Assembly: GCA_947490345.1 (NCBI GenBank)
Contig: CANLGL010000002.1
Coordinates: 64,598 to 128,597, forward strand
Direction of reading: 5' to 3'
Source: Deltaproteobacteria bacterium
Lineage (GTDB): Bacteria > Myxococcota_A > UBA796 > SXON01
Length of the DNA stretch: 64,000 nt
The translations under genes and the position numbers were made by a program. Shown one piece after another: positions 63,393 to 64,000 of the stretch. Each line of letters starts with the position of its first letter. Positions within the stretch are counted from its first letter, which is position 1. The notes beneath the pieces were generated by a model. That model saw only the letters and a program-made list of their open reading frames with translations, made no database searches and was not told where the DNA came from.

Positions 63393-63835
63393 CAGCGCGC
63401 CGGCAGTGGCTCGCCGATCACATCCTCCGCGCGCTCGCCGCCGACGAGGCTCTGCAGCTCTTCGTCGTGATCGTCACCTACACGAGCAACGTAGCGGAGG
63501 GCGCCCTCGAAAACCGGAAAGGACAGTTGTTCCCCACTGAAGGTGTGGGTGAACGCGATGGTCTGGTCGTCGAAGAGCTGAAAGGCGCCGAAGCGGGCCT
63601 CGCTGTTGAGGCGCAGCAGCCTCGACAGGAGGTCAAGCGTCGTCTGAGCGCCGACCAGAACGATGCTGGCGAGGCGGACGTAGGCGTGGCCCTCGTCCTC
63701 GAAAACCGAGATCAGCACCACGGTCGAGCCGAAGCGCGCGGACCAGAAACCATCCGCGGTGACGTCCGAATCCACGCCGAGCCGGAGCATGAACTCGTCC
63801 ACCGTTGCGGAAAGCTGGTCGAGGCGATCGCTCAT
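63392..63835 (-). CDS. YbjN-like (T3SS-chaperone-like fold) protein
   Basis: 147 aa. Contains ADGFWSARFGSTVVLISVFEDEGHAYVRLAS and FGAFQLFDDQTIAFTHTF. It is start/stop coupled to both neighbours. Confidence 0.7.
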   Translation of the reverse strand: MSDRLDQLSATVDEFMLRLGVDSDVTADGFWSARFGSTVVLISVFEDEGHAYVRLASIVLVGAQTTLDLLSRLLRLNSEARFGAFQLFDDQTIAFTHTFSGEQLSFPVFEGALRYVARVGDDHDEELQSLVGGERAEDVIGEPLPAR

Positions 63836-64000
63836 CGAAGTCCATCGTATACACGAATCAGGCCGTCGAGGTGGTCATCCAGGGTGGGTGGTAGGCGCAC
63901 GGGAGGGGTTGCTCCGAGCTCGGCCTCGACCAGGCAACGCGCGAGGTCGTCAACGTTTCCTGGTTGGTAGAGCCAACCGTCCTGTCCGGGCACGATGAGC
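63832..64000 (-). CDS. glycosyltransferase (GT4-like) C-terminal end, 5' part beyond the window
   Basis: My own translation is open to the window edge: LIVPGQDGWLYQPGNVDDLARCLVEAELGATPPVRLPPTLDDHLDGLIRVYDGLR*. The stop overlaps the next start (ATGA). Confidence 0.6.
   Translation of the reverse strand, partial: LIVPGQDGWLYQPGNVDDLARCLVEAELGATPPVRLPPTLDDHLDGLIRVYDGLR

Overview
This is a very GC-rich bacterial chromosome segment (by eye about two thirds G+C or more, not computed). Long spurious antisense ORFs are therefore common in the six-frame track. The gene content suggests a Myxococcota-type deltaproteobacterium: a Glt/Nfs-like set, a CarF-like desaturase, Cys-rich MopE-type repeat lipoproteins and a MYXO-CTERM-like tail. 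That placement is inference only. I support about 55 CDS (two are cut by the window edges and one is a gene fragment) and one tRNA-Cys.

Gene order across the window:
- 1-16 kb, minus strand: a Glt/Nfs-type envelope machine in nfsA-G order. It has 2 OM beta-barrels, 3 TPR proteins, a small secreted protein and an FHA/TM protein that runs off the left edge. It is preceded by a tightly coupled ExbB-ExbD-TonB, TonB-dependent barrel and lipoprotein module. The barrel in that module carries its own TonB C-terminal domain.
- 16.5-22.6 kb: DUF2817/M14-like gene, GT2, GT4 and a class A PBP.
- 22.7-32.2 kb: ispA-tlyA, a Cys/Asp-repeat lipoprotein, an S41 peptidase, larB-larC and a PAS-HisKA stub.
- 32.3-39.6 kb: the conserved rpsB-tsf-pyrH-frr-uppS-cdsA-rseP-tsaB block.
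- 39.7-47.5 kb: a catalytically dead Asd/USG-1-like gene, an 808-aa surface protein fused in frame to an OM barrel, truA, carF-like, and a pentapeptide-repeat channel-like protein.
- 47.5-64 kb: galE, wza-like, a truncated GT4, two tandem MopE-repeat/beta-helix lipoproteins, a Ppx/GppA-family gene, tolQRAB without pal, and more GT4 genes.

The main non-coding signal is a roughly 200-bp intergenic repeat family. It has 6 copies in both orientations, including one triple array, and copies appear to donate a stop region to tlyA and a start codon to truA. I saw no CRISPR array, transposase, integrase, phage gene or recognisable defence gene.
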